The translations under genes were made by a program, and so were the position numbers. The notes under the pieces were generated by a model. The model ran no database searches and was not told where the DNA came from. It saw nothing but the letters and a program-made list of their open reading frames with translations. A stretch of DNA of 39,650 nt, taken from NCBI GenBank assembly GCA_050293225.1, contig JBNKMQ010000252.1, positions 1 through 39,650 of the forward strand, given 5' to 3'. Positions 19,313 through 29,876 of this stretch are shown here, one piece after another. Within the stretch, counting starts at the first letter, position 1. The number at the start of each line of letters is the position of its first letter. Source of the stretch: Sedimenticolaceae bacterium. GTDB taxonomy: Bacteria > Pseudomonadota > Gammaproteobacteria > Chromatiales > Chromatiaceae.

Positions 19313-21151
19313 GTGCCCCAGTCATCCATCAAAGATCATCTGCTCGAGAGCCAGCTCTTCCTTAGCCGGGCTATCGTCTCTGGCATTCTGGTAGTGATCA
19401 TCCTTTTGCTGCTCGCAGGGCGAATGTTCTATCTGCAGGTGGCCAACCATGAACACTTCACCACACTCTCCAAAGACAACCGGGTCAAGCTTGAACCTCT
19501 GCCGCCGACCCGAGGCCTGATCTATGACCGTAAAGGCCGGATCCTGGCCCAGAATCTGCCGGCCTACAGCCTCGAAATCGTGCCGGAGAAGACACCGGAT
19601 ATCGACGCCACCATCGAGGCTTTACGAGAGATCATCGAGATCTCAGACGAACACCTGGCACGCTTCCAGCGACTACGCCGACAGCATCGTCGCTTCGACA
19701 GCATCCCCCTCCGGGTCAGGCTGGAAGATGATGAGGTGGCCAGGCTTTCGGTCAACCGACACCGCTTTCCTGGCGTGGATGTCAAGGCGACGCTGTTGCG
19801 TGACTATCCCCAGGCCATGAAGACGGCTCATCTGTTGGGCTATGTGGGCCGCATCAACGAGAGGGAACTCGACTATATCGATGTCTCCAACTACAGCGGC
19901 ACCAGCTATATCGGTAAGAATGGCGTCGAAAAGAGTTATGAAAGTCTCCTGCACGGCCAGGTGGGTCTACAGCAGGTGGAGGTCAACGCAAAAGGTCGCG
20001 TCTTGCGGGTATTGGAGAGCCGACCACCCATTCCCGGTGACGACCTGCACCTATTCCTCGACATGGATCTTCAGCAGACCGCACTTGAGGCGCTGGGCGA
20101 GGATAACGGCGCCGTTGCCGCCATCGAAATTAAAACCGGTGGCGTCCTGGCGCTGGTAAGCAAGCCCGGCTTCGATCCGAATCTGTTTGTGGAAGGCATC
20201 AGCAGCGAAGCCTATGCTGCACTGAAAAACTCCATCGACAAGCCGCTCTTCAATCGTGCGATTCGCGGGCAGTATCCCCCGGGCTCAACGGTGAAGCCCT
20301 TTATCGCCCTCGCCGGTCTGGAGTACGAGGTGGTGGGATACCACCAGAAGACCTACTGTCCAGGTTACTACCAACTTCCGGGTAAAGAGCACAAATACCG
20401 CGACTGGAAAAAGTGGGGACATGGCGAAGTCGATATGGAGAAGTCGATCGTCGAATCCTGCGATGTCTACTACTATGAGCTGGCCCGAACCCTGGGCATC
20501 GACAGACTGCACGAGTTCCTTCAGGGCTTTGGCTTCGGTCATCCCACAAAGGTCGACCTGACCGGTGAATTGAGCGGCCTGCTGCCCAGCCGGGAGTGGA
20601 AGCAGGAGAGGCGAAGAGAACCCTGGTACCCCGGAGAGACCCTGATCGTCGGCATTGGTCAGGGCTACTTCCTTGCCACTCCGCTACAGCTGGCTGCCGC
20701 CACAGCCACCCTGGCCAACCAGGGTCACCACATACGCCCCAGGGTGGTCGCCACGATCGACAAAACAGACGGCTCCAACCAAGAGAGCCCGAAGATTATC
20801 GACGACCTGCAACGACTGGAGCCGATGCACTGGGATCAGATCATCGACGCCATGACTAAGGTGGTCGAAGGTTTGCGCGGCACGGCCCGCTCGATCCAAA
20901 ACGAGAACTATCGCATTGCCGGCAAGACCGGTACGGCACAGGTCTTCAGCATCAAACAGGATGAGGAGTATGATGAAGAGACCGTCGCCAAGCGCAGGCG
21001 TGACCACGCCCTCTTCATCGCCTTCGCCCCCGTGGAGGATCCGCAAATTGCCATTGCCGTAGTGGTAGAGAATGGCGGTCACGGAGGCGCCGTGGCCGCC
21101 CCCATTGCAAAGCAGATTATGGATAAATATCTGTTGAAGGAGGGATCATGA
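19313..21151 (+). CDS. mrdA: Penicillin-binding protein 2
   Basis: N-terminal TM, RGLIYDR, STVK (SxxK), SCD and KTG motifs. Confidence 0.97.
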   Translation: MPQSSIKDHLLESQLFLSRAIVSGILVVIILLLLAGRMFYLQVANHEHFTTLSKDNRVKLEPLPPTRGLIYDRKGRILAQNLPAYSLEIVPEKTPDIDATIEALREIIEISDEHLARFQRLRRQHRRFDSIPLRVRLEDDEVARLSVNRHRFPGVDVKATLLRDYPQAMKTAHLLGYVGRINERELDYIDVSNYSGTSYIGKNGVEKSYESLLHGQVGLQQVEVNAKGRVLRVLESRPPIPGDDLHLFLDMDLQQTALEALGEDNGAVAAIEIKTGGVLALVSKPGFDPNLFVEGISSEAYAALKNSIDKPLFNRAIRGQYPPGSTVKPFIALAGLEYEVVGYHQKTYCPGYYQLPGKEHKYRDWKKWGHGEVDMEKSIVESCDVYYYELARTLGIDRLHEFLQGFGFGHPTKVDLTGELSGLLPSREWKQERRREPWYPGETLIVGIGQGYFLATPLQLAAATATLANQGHHIRPRVVATIDKTDGSNQESPKIIDDLQRLEPMHWDQIIDAMTKVVEGLRGTARSIQNENYRIAGKTGTAQVFSIKQDEEYDEETVAKRRRDHALFIAFAPVEDPQIAIAVVVENGGHGGAVAAPIAKQIMDKYLLKEGS

Positions 21152-22287
21152 GAGATATACCGAAATCCGCCCTCTCCTTCCAGGAGTCCCAGCCTGCACG
21201 ACCCTCAGGTCTGCTCGCATGGCTACACATCGACATCCCACTGATGACGGGATTGTTGCTACTCTCGGCGCTGGGACTTGCCGTTCTTTACAGTGCAGGT
21301 GATCAGCAAACCACCCTGATAAACAAACAGATGATCCGTCTGGGCGTCGGCTTCGCTGCCATGCTGCTGGTCGCTCAGATCCACCCTCATCATCTGCGAC
21401 GCTGGTCTCCCATTCTCTACCTGGCAGGCGTGCTGATGCTGATCGGCGTCATCCTTTTCGGTGAAGAGGGTAAGGGTGCACAACGCTGGCTCGACCTGGG
21501 TATCCTGCGCTTCCAGCCATCGGAGCTGCTGAAGCTGTCACTGCCCATGGCGATCGCCTGGTTTCTCGCTGACCATCGCCTGCCACCCAGCCTCGACCGC
21601 CTCTTTTATGCCGGTGTACTGACCCTCATACCCGTACTCCTCATCGCCAAACAACCCGACCTGGGAACCGCCCTGCTGGTTGGCTCCGCCGGTGTCATCG
21701 CCCTCTTTCTGGCGGGTATCTCCTGGCATCTGATCACAGCCATCGGCGTCATTCTGGCGGCTTTGGGGCCCGTGGGCTGGTATATGATGCATGAATACCA
21801 GCGCCAACGGGTGCTTACCTTCCTCAATCCTGAAAGCGACCCCTTGGGGACCGGCTACCACATCATTCAATCCAAGATCGCCATCGGCTCCGGTGGCATC
21901 AGTGGTAAGGGCTGGCTCAACGGCACCCAGTCGCATCTGGAGTTTCTGCCGGAGCGGCATACCGATTTTATTTTCGCCGTCATCTCGGAGGAGTTCGGTT
22001 TGGTCGGGGTGTTGGCCCTGCTTAGCCTCTACCTGTTTATCATCCTGCGCGGTCTCTATATCGCCACCCAGGCCCAGGACAGCTTCAGCCGAATCCTCAC
22101 CGGCGCACTTTCTCTGGTCTTTTTTGTCTATCTATTCGTCAATACCGGCATGGTGACGGGTATGCTGCCGGTGGTTGGGGTGCCACTGCCCCTGATCAGC
22201 TATGGGGGGACATCCTTAGTGACCATTTTGATCAGCTTCGGTATTCTGATGTCGATCCATACCCATAGGAAACTGCTGCCTACCTAG
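21148..22287 (+). CDS. rodA: SEDS peptidoglycan polymerase RodA
   Basis: GAQRWL, QPSELLK, QPDLGT, LPERHTDFIF, SYGGTS. Confidence 0.97.
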   Translation: MRDIPKSALSFQESQPARPSGLLAWLHIDIPLMTGLLLLSALGLAVLYSAGDQQTTLINKQMIRLGVGFAAMLLVAQIHPHHLRRWSPILYLAGVLMLIGVILFGEEGKGAQRWLDLGILRFQPSELLKLSLPMAIAWFLADHRLPPSLDRLFYAGVLTLIPVLLIAKQPDLGTALLVGSAGVIALFLAGISWHLITAIGVILAALGPVGWYMMHEYQRQRVLTFLNPESDPLGTGYHIIQSKIAIGSGGISGKGWLNGTQSHLEFLPERHTDFIFAVISEEFGLVGVLALLSLYLFIILRGLYIATQAQDSFSRILTGALSLVFFVYLFVNTGMVTGMLPVVGVPLPLISYGGTSLVTILISFGILMSIHTHRKLLPT

Positions 22288-22430
22288 GCACCCTTTCCGC
22301 CAGACGACATAAACCAATCCACAAGGAGAGAGATCTGGTGAATTTATACAGAGGACGTAAACTGCGAGGCTTTGACGATTGCCAGACAACACCCACTGGA
22401 TCAAGCATGAGAAAACCTAAAACAACGACC

Positions 22431-23435
22431 ATGAAACAACGACTCACAATAACGCTGCTAGGCGCAATGCTGATTAGCCAGTCCGCCTGCGCCCACACGC
22501 CGATGACCCAATCGGAAATCCGGACATTCGCCACGGAGATGGCCGAGAAGCATAACTTCTCCGCTGCTGAGGTGGAGCAGCTGCTCAACAGCACCGTCTA
22601 TCGAGACGACATCATCGAAGCCATTACCCGTCCCGCTGAAGGCAAGCCCTGGCATGAATACCGACCGATCTTTCTCAAGCCCGACCGCATCGAAGGTGGT
22701 GTGAAGTTCTGGCAGGAGAATGAAGCGCTGTTACAGCGGGTCAGCCAGGAGTATGGCGTACCACCGGAGATCATCGTCGCCATCATTGGCATCGAGACCC
22801 GCTACGGCAAGTTCACTGGCCGCTACCGCATCCTAGACTCTCTCACCACCCTCGCCTTCGGTTATCCCAAGCGGGCCAGCTTCTTCCGTAAAGAGCTGGA
22901 GCAGTTCCTGCTGCTCAGCCGTGAAGAGTCCATCGACATGCAGACAGCCAAGGGCTCCTACGCCGGCGCCATGGGTAAACCGCAATTCATCTCGAGCAGT
23001 TACAGACGCTACGCCATCGACCAGGACAATGACGGCAAGCGGGATCTGTTCGATAACAATGCCGACATCATCGCCAGCGTGGCCAACTATTTCAAAGTCC
23101 ACGGCTGGAAAAGCGGTGAGCCCATCACGCTACAGGCAAAACCCGATGCAGGCGCCGACCTGAAGTCCTTCGTGGATGCGGGCATGGAGCCAAGCATCCA
23201 GGTCAAGTCACTGCTCAATAATGGTTTGAACCCGATCGAGCCATCCACAAACCCCGACCCCAACGCCCTCAGTTCGCTGATCGAACTGGAAGTTGAGGAT
23301 GGCAATGAGTACTGGCTGGGATTACACAATTTCTACGTCATCACCCGCTATAATCACAGCAACCTCTATGCAATGGCGGCCTATCAGCTGAGTCGCGAGA
23401 TTGTTGCGGCGAAGCAGGCTGCGGAGAAACGTTGA
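22431..23435 (+). CDS. mltB: Lytic murein transglycosylase B
   Basis: IIGIETRYG, GSYAGAMG, QFISSSY, ITRYNHS. Start uncertain (ATG 22407 or 22431). Confidence 0.93.
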   Translation: MKQRLTITLLGAMLISQSACAHTPMTQSEIRTFATEMAEKHNFSAAEVEQLLNSTVYRDDIIEAITRPAEGKPWHEYRPIFLKPDRIEGGVKFWQENEALLQRVSQEYGVPPEIIVAIIGIETRYGKFTGRYRILDSLTTLAFGYPKRASFFRKELEQFLLLSREESIDMQTAKGSYAGAMGKPQFISSSYRRYAIDQDNDGKRDLFDNNADIIASVANYFKVHGWKSGEPITLQAKPDAGADLKSFVDAGMEPSIQVKSLLNNGLNPIEPSTNPDPNALSSLIELEVEDGNEYWLGLHNFYVITRYNHSNLYAMAAYQLSREIVAAKQAAEKR

Positions 23436-23445
23436 TCTATTGCCA

Positions 23446-24348
23446 ATGAATGCCCAGATGTTTAACAACGAGAGAGCCGTCAGCCTCACAGTTTTGCTGC
23501 TGATTGTCACCCTCCTCGCAGGCTGTAGTGGCAAGCCCATCATCTCCCAACGGGACGGGGTCAGTCGCGACCTGCCACCGCCGGAAGATATTGCCGCCAT
23601 TCCCGATGCCACGCCCAAGCATGAGCCCTTGAGCAACTACGGCAATCCCGACAGCTATGTGGTCTTTGGCAAACGCTACTACACAAAAAAAGATGCACGG
23701 GGCTACAGTGAGCGAGGAATCGCCTCATGGTACGGCCACAAATTCCACGGACGACGCACCAGCAGTGGCGAGCCCTACGATATGTACGCCATGACCGCTG
23801 CCCACAAGAGCCTGCCGCTGCCCTGCTATGCAAGGGTCACCAATCTCAAAAACAACCGCAGCGTGGTAGTGAAGATCAACGACCGCGGGCCCTTCCATGC
23901 CAATCGCCTGATCGATCTCTCCTACACCGCTGCCTGGAAGCTGGGTATCGTCGGTGAAGGTACCGGGCTGGTGGAGGTGACGGCTTTGGATCCATCGACA
24001 CCTCGCGCAAAGCCTGCTCCTGCTCCAGCTCCAACTCCTGCCCCCAAACTTGCCCCCGATCCCACACCGGTAGTCGCTGCGGCTAAAACCGATGCGCCTC
24101 CGCTCAGGGGGCTGCCGGAGCTCTTTCTACAGGTCGGTGCTTTCGGAGATGCGACCAACGCCGATAAGTTGAAGCAGCGTCTCGAGCAGAAGTTGAAGGT
24201 GGGGGTGCAGATCGAGAAGAGCCGAAGCAGCCCGAATCCACTGTTCCGGGTTCAAATCGGCCCCATCGCCAGCGTGGAACTGGCAGACCACCTGACCCAG
24301 AGACTCGGCGGCATGGGCATAGATAATCCCCATGTTGTGATCCGCTAG
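23446..24348 (+). CDS. rlpA: Septal ring lytic transglycosylase RlpA lipoprotein with SPOR domain
   Basis: Lipobox LAGC, GIASWYG, INDRGPF, Pro/Ala linker, LQVGAF SPOR domain. Start is ATG 23446 or 23458. Confidence 0.93.
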   Translation: MNAQMFNNERAVSLTVLLLIVTLLAGCSGKPIISQRDGVSRDLPPPEDIAAIPDATPKHEPLSNYGNPDSYVVFGKRYYTKKDARGYSERGIASWYGHKFHGRRTSSGEPYDMYAMTAAHKSLPLPCYARVTNLKNNRSVVVKINDRGPFHANRLIDLSYTAAWKLGIVGEGTGLVEVTALDPSTPRAKPAPAPAPTPAPKLAPDPTPVVAAAKTDAPPLRGLPELFLQVGAFGDATNADKLKQRLEQKLKVGVQIEKSRSSPNPLFRVQIGPIASVELADHLTQRLGGMGIDNPHVVIR

Positions 24349-24421
24349 ACAGGCAAGCCGATTGCCTAAACGGCGACTGGTTCAATAGAATACCCTATTT
24401 AAGCTAAGCAAAATTATTAAT

Positions 24422-25570
24422 ATGAGCTCATCCCGTCACATCCAGAAAGTGGTACCACTTCTGCTCTTCTGCCTCAGCTGGCTGCCTTTGCAGGCCGCTG
24501 TACCTACCCCGGCCCCGCCTGAAGTCGCTGCAAGCGGTTATCTTCTGATCGACTTTCATAGCGGCAAGGTATTGGCGGAGAAGGCTGCCGACCAGAGCCT
24601 GGAACCCGCCAGCCTGACCAAGATCATGACCGCCTACACCATCTTCCGGGAGCTGAAAGAGGGCAACCTGAAGCTGGATGACATGGTGCTGGTGAGCGAG
24701 AAGGCCTGGCGCACCCCCGGCTCGCGCATGTTTATCGAGGTCGGCAAACGGATCAAAGCCATCGACCTTATCAAGGGCATGATCATCCAGTCCGGTAACG
24801 ACGCCTGCGTCGCCCTGGCGGAACACATCGCCGGTAGCGAAGCAACCTTTGCTGAGCTAATGAACAGCCACGCCCAACGCTTAGGGATGCTCAACACCCA
24901 CTTCGTCAACGCCACCGGCCTGCCCCACGAAGATCACTACACCACGCCAGCGGATATCGCCAAGGCGGCCATGGCCACCATTCGCGAGTTTCCGGAGTAC
25001 TACGCCTGGTACAGCGAAAAATCTTTTATCTTCAACGACATCAAGCAGCACAATCGAAACAAATTACTCTGGCGTGACAAGACCGTGGACGGCATGAAGA
25101 CCGGCCACACCGAAGCGGCAGGCTACTGCCTGGTCTCCTCCGCCCTGAGAGAGGGGATGCGGCTGGTTTCGGTGGTGATGGGCACTAAAAGTGAAGAGGC
25201 CCGGGCCAAGGCGAGCCAGAGCCTGTTGAACTACGGCTTCCGCTTCTATGAGACCCACCAGCTCTATGCCGCCGGCGACGTACTCAATCGACCACGCATC
25301 TGGAAGGGCGAGAAAGAGAAGCTCCCCCTGGGGCTGGCTGAGGATCTCAACATCACCATCCCCCGCCATCAATATAAAAATCTCGATGCCAGACTCGAGA
25401 TCGAGCCGAAGATCATGGCCCCGGTGGAGCTGGGCGAAGTCCTGGGTAAGGTCGATGTGACCCTGAACGGCGAACCTGTCGCCTCAGCAAACCTGATCGC
25501 ACTGAAGCCGATCGGTGACGGCAACATCTGGCAGCAGATCAAGGATAGTGCCCTGCTCTGGTTGGAGTAA
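24422..25570 (+). CDS. dacA: D-alanyl-D-alanine carboxypeptidase (PBP5/6)
   Basis: PASLTK, SGN and KTGHT motifs; position after rlpA. Confidence 0.9.
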   Translation: MSSSRHIQKVVPLLLFCLSWLPLQAAVPTPAPPEVAASGYLLIDFHSGKVLAEKAADQSLEPASLTKIMTAYTIFRELKEGNLKLDDMVLVSEKAWRTPGSRMFIEVGKRIKAIDLIKGMIIQSGNDACVALAEHIAGSEATFAELMNSHAQRLGMLNTHFVNATGLPHEDHYTTPADIAKAAMATIREFPEYYAWYSEKSFIFNDIKQHNRNKLLWRDKTVDGMKTGHTEAAGYCLVSSALREGMRLVSVVMGTKSEEARAKASQSLLNYGFRFYETHQLYAAGDVLNRPRIWKGEKEKLPLGLAEDLNITIPRHQYKNLDARLEIEPKIMAPVELGEVLGKVDVTLNGEPVASANLIALKPIGDGNIWQQIKDSALLWLE

Positions 25571-25574
25571 GCTC

Positions 25575-25844
25575 GTGAGTGAAGAAGAAGAGACACTGCT
25601 GGAGTTCCCCTGCGACTTCCCCATCAAGGTGATGGGCAAGGCAGAACCCGGTTTCGACGTCATGGTTGTGGAGTTGATCAGAAGACACGCCCCTGATCTG
25701 CACGAGGGGGCCGTCTCCTCCCGTCCCAGCAAAGGGGGCAAATGGGTCTCTGTGACGATCACTCTAAGGGCCGAGAGTAAATCCCAGATCGACGCCATCT
25801 ATCTCGACCTCACCGCCCATGAAAAGGTGGTCATGGCGCTCTGA
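25575..25844 (+). CDS. ybeD: YbeD/DUF493 family protein
   Basis: LLEFPCDFPIKVMG...SKGGKWVSVT; GTG start 25575 with GGAG SD; dacA-ybeD-lipB synteny. Confidence 0.92.
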   Translation: MSEEEETLLEFPCDFPIKVMGKAEPGFDVMVVELIRRHAPDLHEGAVSSRPSKGGKWVSVTITLRAESKSQIDAIYLDLTAHEKVVMAL

Positions 25845-25850
25845 ATTCAT

Positions 25851-25997
25851 GTTTTGAGTGTTGAGTTATTAGTTTTGAGCGAATGGGTTCGCTTCGCTCA
25901 CGCTGACTTTATTTTCCTGCCCTGATACTCAAAGGCATGCCGGCAGACCAAAAAAAGACCCGGTGGCTATTAACTCAACACTCAAAACTAAAAACTT
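25851..25997. repeat. Inverted-repeat element built from heptamer tandem repeats
   Basis: GTTTTGAGTGTTGAGTTATTAG (25851-25872) matches the reverse complement of CTATTAACTCAACACTCAAAAC (25967-25988) at 21/22 positions. Both arms have a 7-bp period. An internal hairpin TGAGCGAA/TTCGCTCA lies at 25876-25900. Confidence 0.75.
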
Positions 25998-26000
25998 ATA

Positions 26001-26654
26001 ATGTGCACCCTTCACGTCAAACACCTCGGCCTACGTCCCTATCTCGAAACCTGGCAGGCGATGCAGGCCTACACCGACCAGCGGGATGCAACCAGCCAGG
26101 ATCAGCTCTGGCTGCTGCAACACCCACCCGTCTTCACCCAGGGCCAGGCGGGCAAGCCTGAACACCTGCTGGCACCGGATGAGATCCCTGTGGTTCAGAC
26201 CGACCGTGGCGGCCAGGTCACCTATCACGGCCCCGGACAGTTGGTGGGTTATCTGCTGCTCGATCTGCGGCGTGCCGGCCTGGGGGTTCGCTCCCTGGTA
26301 ACCCTTCTCGAGCGCTCTGTGATCGATCTACTGGAGGGCTACGGCGTGCAAGCCGCTGCCCGCAGGGATGCCCCGGGGGTCTATGTGGACGGCGCCAAGA
26401 TCGCCTCTGTGGGCTTACGGGTACGCAGGGGCTGCAGTTTCCACGGCCTCAGCCTAAACGTGAATATGGATCTGGAGCCTTTTAATCGGATCAATCCCTG
26501 TGGCTATCCCGACCTCCCCGTCACCCAGCTATCCGCGATCTCGAAGCAGAAAGATTTACACAAAGTGGCAGCGGATTTGGCGCAACAATTGGCCAGAGGA
26601 TTGGGTTACACTCTCAACACTGTCCCAACTGACTCCCTGACAACACCCCCATGA
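26001..26654 (+). CDS. lipB: Octanoyltransferase
   Basis: [33 protein letters not shown]. Confidence 0.97.
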   Translation: MCTLHVKHLGLRPYLETWQAMQAYTDQRDATSQDQLWLLQHPPVFTQGQAGKPEHLLAPDEIPVVQTDRGGQVTYHGPGQLVGYLLLDLRRAGLGVRSLVTLLERSVIDLLEGYGVQAAARRDAPGVYVDGAKIASVGLRVRRGCSFHGLSLNVNMDLEPFNRINPCGYPDLPVTQLSAISKQKDLHKVAADLAQQLARGLGYTLNTVPTDSLTTPP

Positions 26655-27625
26655 GCAGCCAAAACGACAATCTGCCTCCATCCCGATCCACCCCTGAGAG
26701 CCATCAACGGGGAAAGGAGAAACTCTCCCGCATCCCGGTCAAGGTGGAGGCCCAGGAGACCACCCTGCGCAAGCCCAAGTGGATTCGCGCCAAGGCCCCG
26801 ATGGGTAAGGATGTCAGTCGCATCCGGCGTATCCTGCGGGAGAAGGGATTGAGTTCAGTCTGTGAAGAGGCCGCCTGTCCCAACCTGGGCGAGTGCTTTC
26901 ACCACGGCACCGCCACCTTCATGATCATGGGTGACATCTGCACCCGGCGCTGCCCCTTCTGCGACGTGGCCCATGGCAAACCCAAGCCTTTGGATGGTGA
27001 AGAACCGATCCAGCTGGCCGATGCCATTGAGGCGATGCAGCTCAAATATGTGGTAGTCACCTCGGTTGATAGAGATGACCTGAGAGATGGCGGTGCTGGA
27101 CACTTCGCCGCCTGTGTCTCGGCAGTAAGAGAGCGCATGCCCCGGACCAAGGTGGAGATCCTGGTACCCGACTTTCGCGGGCGCATGGATGTCGCTATAT
27201 CAGCTCTATCTTTACAGCCACCGGATGTCTTCAACCACAACCTGGAGACAGTCCCCCGACTCTACCGTCAGGCAAGACCTGGCGCCGACTACCAGGGCTC
27301 CCTGAAGTTACTGCAGGACTTCAAGGCGGCTCAACCTCAGGTTCCCACCAAGTCCGGCATCATGCTGGGACTGGGTGAAAAGCGTGAAGAGGTGATCGAA
27401 GTATTGAAAGACCTTCGTGCCCATGGCTGTGAGATGCTCACCCTGGGACAGTATCTGCAACCCAGTAAAGATCATCTGCCGGTGGATAGATTCGTCACGC
27501 CGGAAGAGTTCGATGAGCTGAGAGTTGAAGCCGAGGCCATGGGTTTCACCAGTGTCGCCAGCGGTCCCATGGTCCGCTCCTCCTACCACGCCGACCTGCA
27601 GGCCAATCCGCTACTGGAATCTTAG
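26651..27625 (+). CDS. lipA: Lipoyl synthase
   Basis: CX4CX5C ([12 protein letters not shown]), CX3CX2C (CTRRCPFC), RSSYHA. Confidence 0.98.
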   Translation: MSSQNDNLPPSRSTPESHQRGKEKLSRIPVKVEAQETTLRKPKWIRAKAPMGKDVSRIRRILREKGLSSVCEEAACPNLGECFHHGTATFMIMGDICTRRCPFCDVAHGKPKPLDGEEPIQLADAIEAMQLKYVVVTSVDRDDLRDGGAGHFAACVSAVRERMPRTKVEILVPDFRGRMDVAISALSLQPPDVFNHNLETVPRLYRQARPGADYQGSLKLLQDFKAAQPQVPTKSGIMLGLGEKREEVIEVLKDLRAHGCEMLTLGQYLQPSKDHLPVDRFVTPEEFDELRVEAEAMGFTSVASGPMVRSSYHADLQANPLLES

Positions 27626-27628
27626 ACG

Positions 27629-28390
27629 GTGGAGGTCACTACCACCCGCCTGATAGAGGCCTTGCTGCTTCCCCCAGGTGGCTTGATCCTATTGGCGATA
27701 TTCGGCCTTTTCCTCTGGCGAATAAAACTCGGGCGTCGGCTGCTGGCCTTATGCCTCTTTCTCCTGCTCCTGCTCTCGCTGCCAGTGATCAGCGACTCGC
27801 TCTATCTTCTTCTTGAAAAAGAACCTGTTGTCTCAACAGAGCGCATTATCAAGGAACAACCCCAGGCAATCGTCGTACTCGGCAGCGGTCGCGATCTCGA
27901 TGCGCCGGAATATAGTGGCGACTCGATAAAACCTCGAGCCCTCTCTCGTCTTCGCTATGCCGCCAAACTCTCACGGGAACACAATCTCCCGGTGATTCCC
28001 AGTGGCGGCAATCCCGGCGCCATCGGTAGAGCCGAGGCGGTAATCGCAAAAGATATTTTACACAATGAGTTCGGCGTACCCGTGCTGGAGATAGAACGGC
28101 GCAGCCAGACCACCTGGGAGAATGCCCGCTACACAGCCCAGCTGATGAAACAACTCGGCATCGAGCGCATCCTTCTGGTTACCGACGCGGGACACATGCC
28201 TCGTGCCCTCTACTCCTTTGAACTTAACGGCATCAAACCTATACCCGCACCCACCAACTTCCTCTCCATCTCAAGCCAGGAGATCTCACCATTCGAGGCC
28301 TACCTCCCCAGCGCCACCGCATTCAAGGAGAGCGCCGATGCGATACATGAGTTAGTTGGACTGCTCTGGTATCGACTGAAGAGCGTCTGA
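27629..28390 (+). CDS. YdcF/ElyC (DUF218) family membrane protein
   Basis: Two N-terminal TM helices, AIVVLGSG, SGG, SQTTWENA, LVTDAGHMPRA, HELVGL. Confidence 0.88.
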   Translation: MEVTTTRLIEALLLPPGGLILLAIFGLFLWRIKLGRRLLALCLFLLLLLSLPVISDSLYLLLEKEPVVSTERIIKEQPQAIVVLGSGRDLDAPEYSGDSIKPRALSRLRYAAKLSREHNLPVIPSGGNPGAIGRAEAVIAKDILHNEFGVPVLEIERRSQTTWENARYTAQLMKQLGIERILLVTDAGHMPRALYSFELNGIKPIPAPTNFLSISSQEISPFEAYLPSATAFKESADAIHELVGLLWYRLKSV

Positions 28391-28452
28391 GAAATTCATC
28401 CACCGGCATAACGCTTATGCCCGACTCCAAATCAGACAATATTGAACCTGTA

Positions 28453-28487
28453 CTAGGGCCTGTTAAGACTAATCCGATAGGCCCTAA
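28453..28487. repeat. Short palindromic element overlapping the DoxX stop codon
   Basis: TAGGGCCT (28454-28461) ... AGGCCCTA (28479-28486), bounded by CTAG and CTAA. A second hairpin GGCATAA/TTATGCC lies nearby, between the convergent genes. Confidence 0.45.
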
Positions 28488-29083
28488 GTCACTTTGAATC
28501 GTCTACCGATCCAGTAGTCCACCGCCAGATAACGACCACCGCCGATATAGAAGAGTACCAGCAACATAATGAAGTAGGTCGCTGCAAACTCGATACCGTT
28601 ATTCAACACCACGAGACTGCCGTTCTCTGTCAGCCAATCGTAGTTGCCATGTTCCCTTAGGATCGACTTGGCCCTATCCAGTCGATCTATGGCACCGATG
28701 GTGCGCTCACTTGCGAAAAATGATCCGCCACCTTCGGCAATCGCCAACCAGCCATTCTGCCAATGGACACTCAAGGCAGCGACAGCCATGGTTATCATCA
28801 ACGGAAAGGATATCCATCTCACGCCCAATCCACCGACCAACAACACCGAACCGACCACTTCTGTCAGTGCCGCCAACCATGCCATCAAGGCAGGGAACGG
28901 TAGGCCAAGGCCCCAGTCAGGATTTCCGAACCAGGAGATAGTGCTCTCCATATCGGCGAGTTTTTTAGAACCAGCCATCCAGAAGATTGGCGCCAAATAG
29001 AGTCTCAGCGCAAGCGGTGCAATGAAATCAATCTTTTTACTGATATCGAGAATGCCGACTATTTTTTTGTATTGTTCAAGCAT
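28484..29083 (-). CDS. DoxX-family membrane protein (HvfX-like, MNIO-cluster associated)
   Basis: LRLYLAPIFWMAG, WFGNPDWGLGLPFP, VHWQNGW, NNGIEFAATY; last gene of the DUF692 operon. Confidence 0.88.
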   Translation of the reverse strand: MLEQYKKIVGILDISKKIDFIAPLALRLYLAPIFWMAGSKKLADMESTISWFGNPDWGLGLPFPALMAWLAALTEVVGSVLLVGGLGVRWISFPLMITMAVAALSVHWQNGWLAIAEGGGSFFASERTIGAIDRLDRAKSILREHGNYDWLTENGSLVVLNNGIEFAATYFIMLLVLFYIGGGRYLAVDYWIGRRFKVT

Positions 29084-29876
29084 GATAATGCCCTTCTATT
29101 CCTGACAGGGTCCCGACGACAATCCCCCGGCGACGCAGCTCCTCAAGAAATTCAATACCTGCACCCCGTATTGCTTCAGGATCATTGGGAGATAGCTGTT
29201 CCACCGCCGCATCCAGCGCCTGACTGCCACTGATCTGATCTTCTGACTGCAACAGGCTGAGCAACCAATAGATCAGTGGATTGATTTCGAGAAAGCTGAT
29301 TCTGTCATTCGAATCCCGATAGACAAGCAGACAGGTAGCGACATCACTCGGATGATCCGGTTGATTATTGCTATCGATTTTATGCACCGGATACTGGTAG
29401 CACAGCGGCCAGGCCAACGGAGAGAGCACCGGATGACTCAGAAGAAGATCTCCATTGGGATCTACAGGACCGTCAACCTTCTCAACTTCGCTGATAGTTA
29501 GTGCAAGCTCAACCCATTCATAGTGAGCAAGCTCCCACATAAACGGTAGCGGCAGTACTGCTTGTGTTTGTTGTTTTTCCAGATAACTGAGGAACTCCTG
29601 CGATAGCTCTGCAAACAGCGGGGTTTGGCAACTGTGGCTCGACATAAAATCACGCACCAGACTATTCCATGAATCCTCTGACATAAGGCTGTGCAGAACG
29701 GGAAATCCCTGTTCAAGAAATCCACGGATATTGTTGAAGAAGAGATCCCGATAGATCGCCATACGCCTGGGTTCTACATCCTGGGGGGCGGGCGAATGTT
29801 CCGGGTTTCGGATGTGGTCAGCGAAGGCTCTTTCCAATCGAACCAAGGGTGTTTCAGCAGTGTGCAGATTTTGCAT
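29076..29876 (-). CDS. DUF2063-family MNIO partner protein (HvfC/BufC-like)
   Basis: Start ATG 29876 (SD CAGGAG). FADHIRNP, RRMAIYRDLFFNN, FPVL, ELAHYEWVEL; overlaps the DUF692 gene. Confidence 0.88.
   Translation of the reverse strand: MQNLHTAETPLVRLERAFADHIRNPEHSPAPQDVEPRRMAIYRDLFFNNIRGFLEQGFPVLHSLMSEDSWNSLVRDFMSSHSCQTPLFAELSQEFLSYLEKQQTQAVLPLPFMWELAHYEWVELALTISEVEKVDGPVDPNGDLLLSHPVLSPLAWPLCYQYPVHKIDSNNQPDHPSDVATCLLVYRDSNDRISFLEINPLIYWLLSLLQSEDQISGSQALDAAVEQLSPNDPEAIRGAGIEFLEELRRRGIVVGTLSGIEGHYHA

Noticed and set aside
24010-24066. CCTGCT/CCAGCT-type short repeats in rlpA
   Set aside because: This is an ordinary Pro/Ala linker before the SPOR domain.
26001-27625. lipB-lipA as part of a sulfur-oxidation (sHdr/LbpA) lipoylation pathway
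   Set aside because: The context is the canonical dacA-ybeD-lipB-lipA housekeeping block, with no lipS, lplA or lbpA genes.
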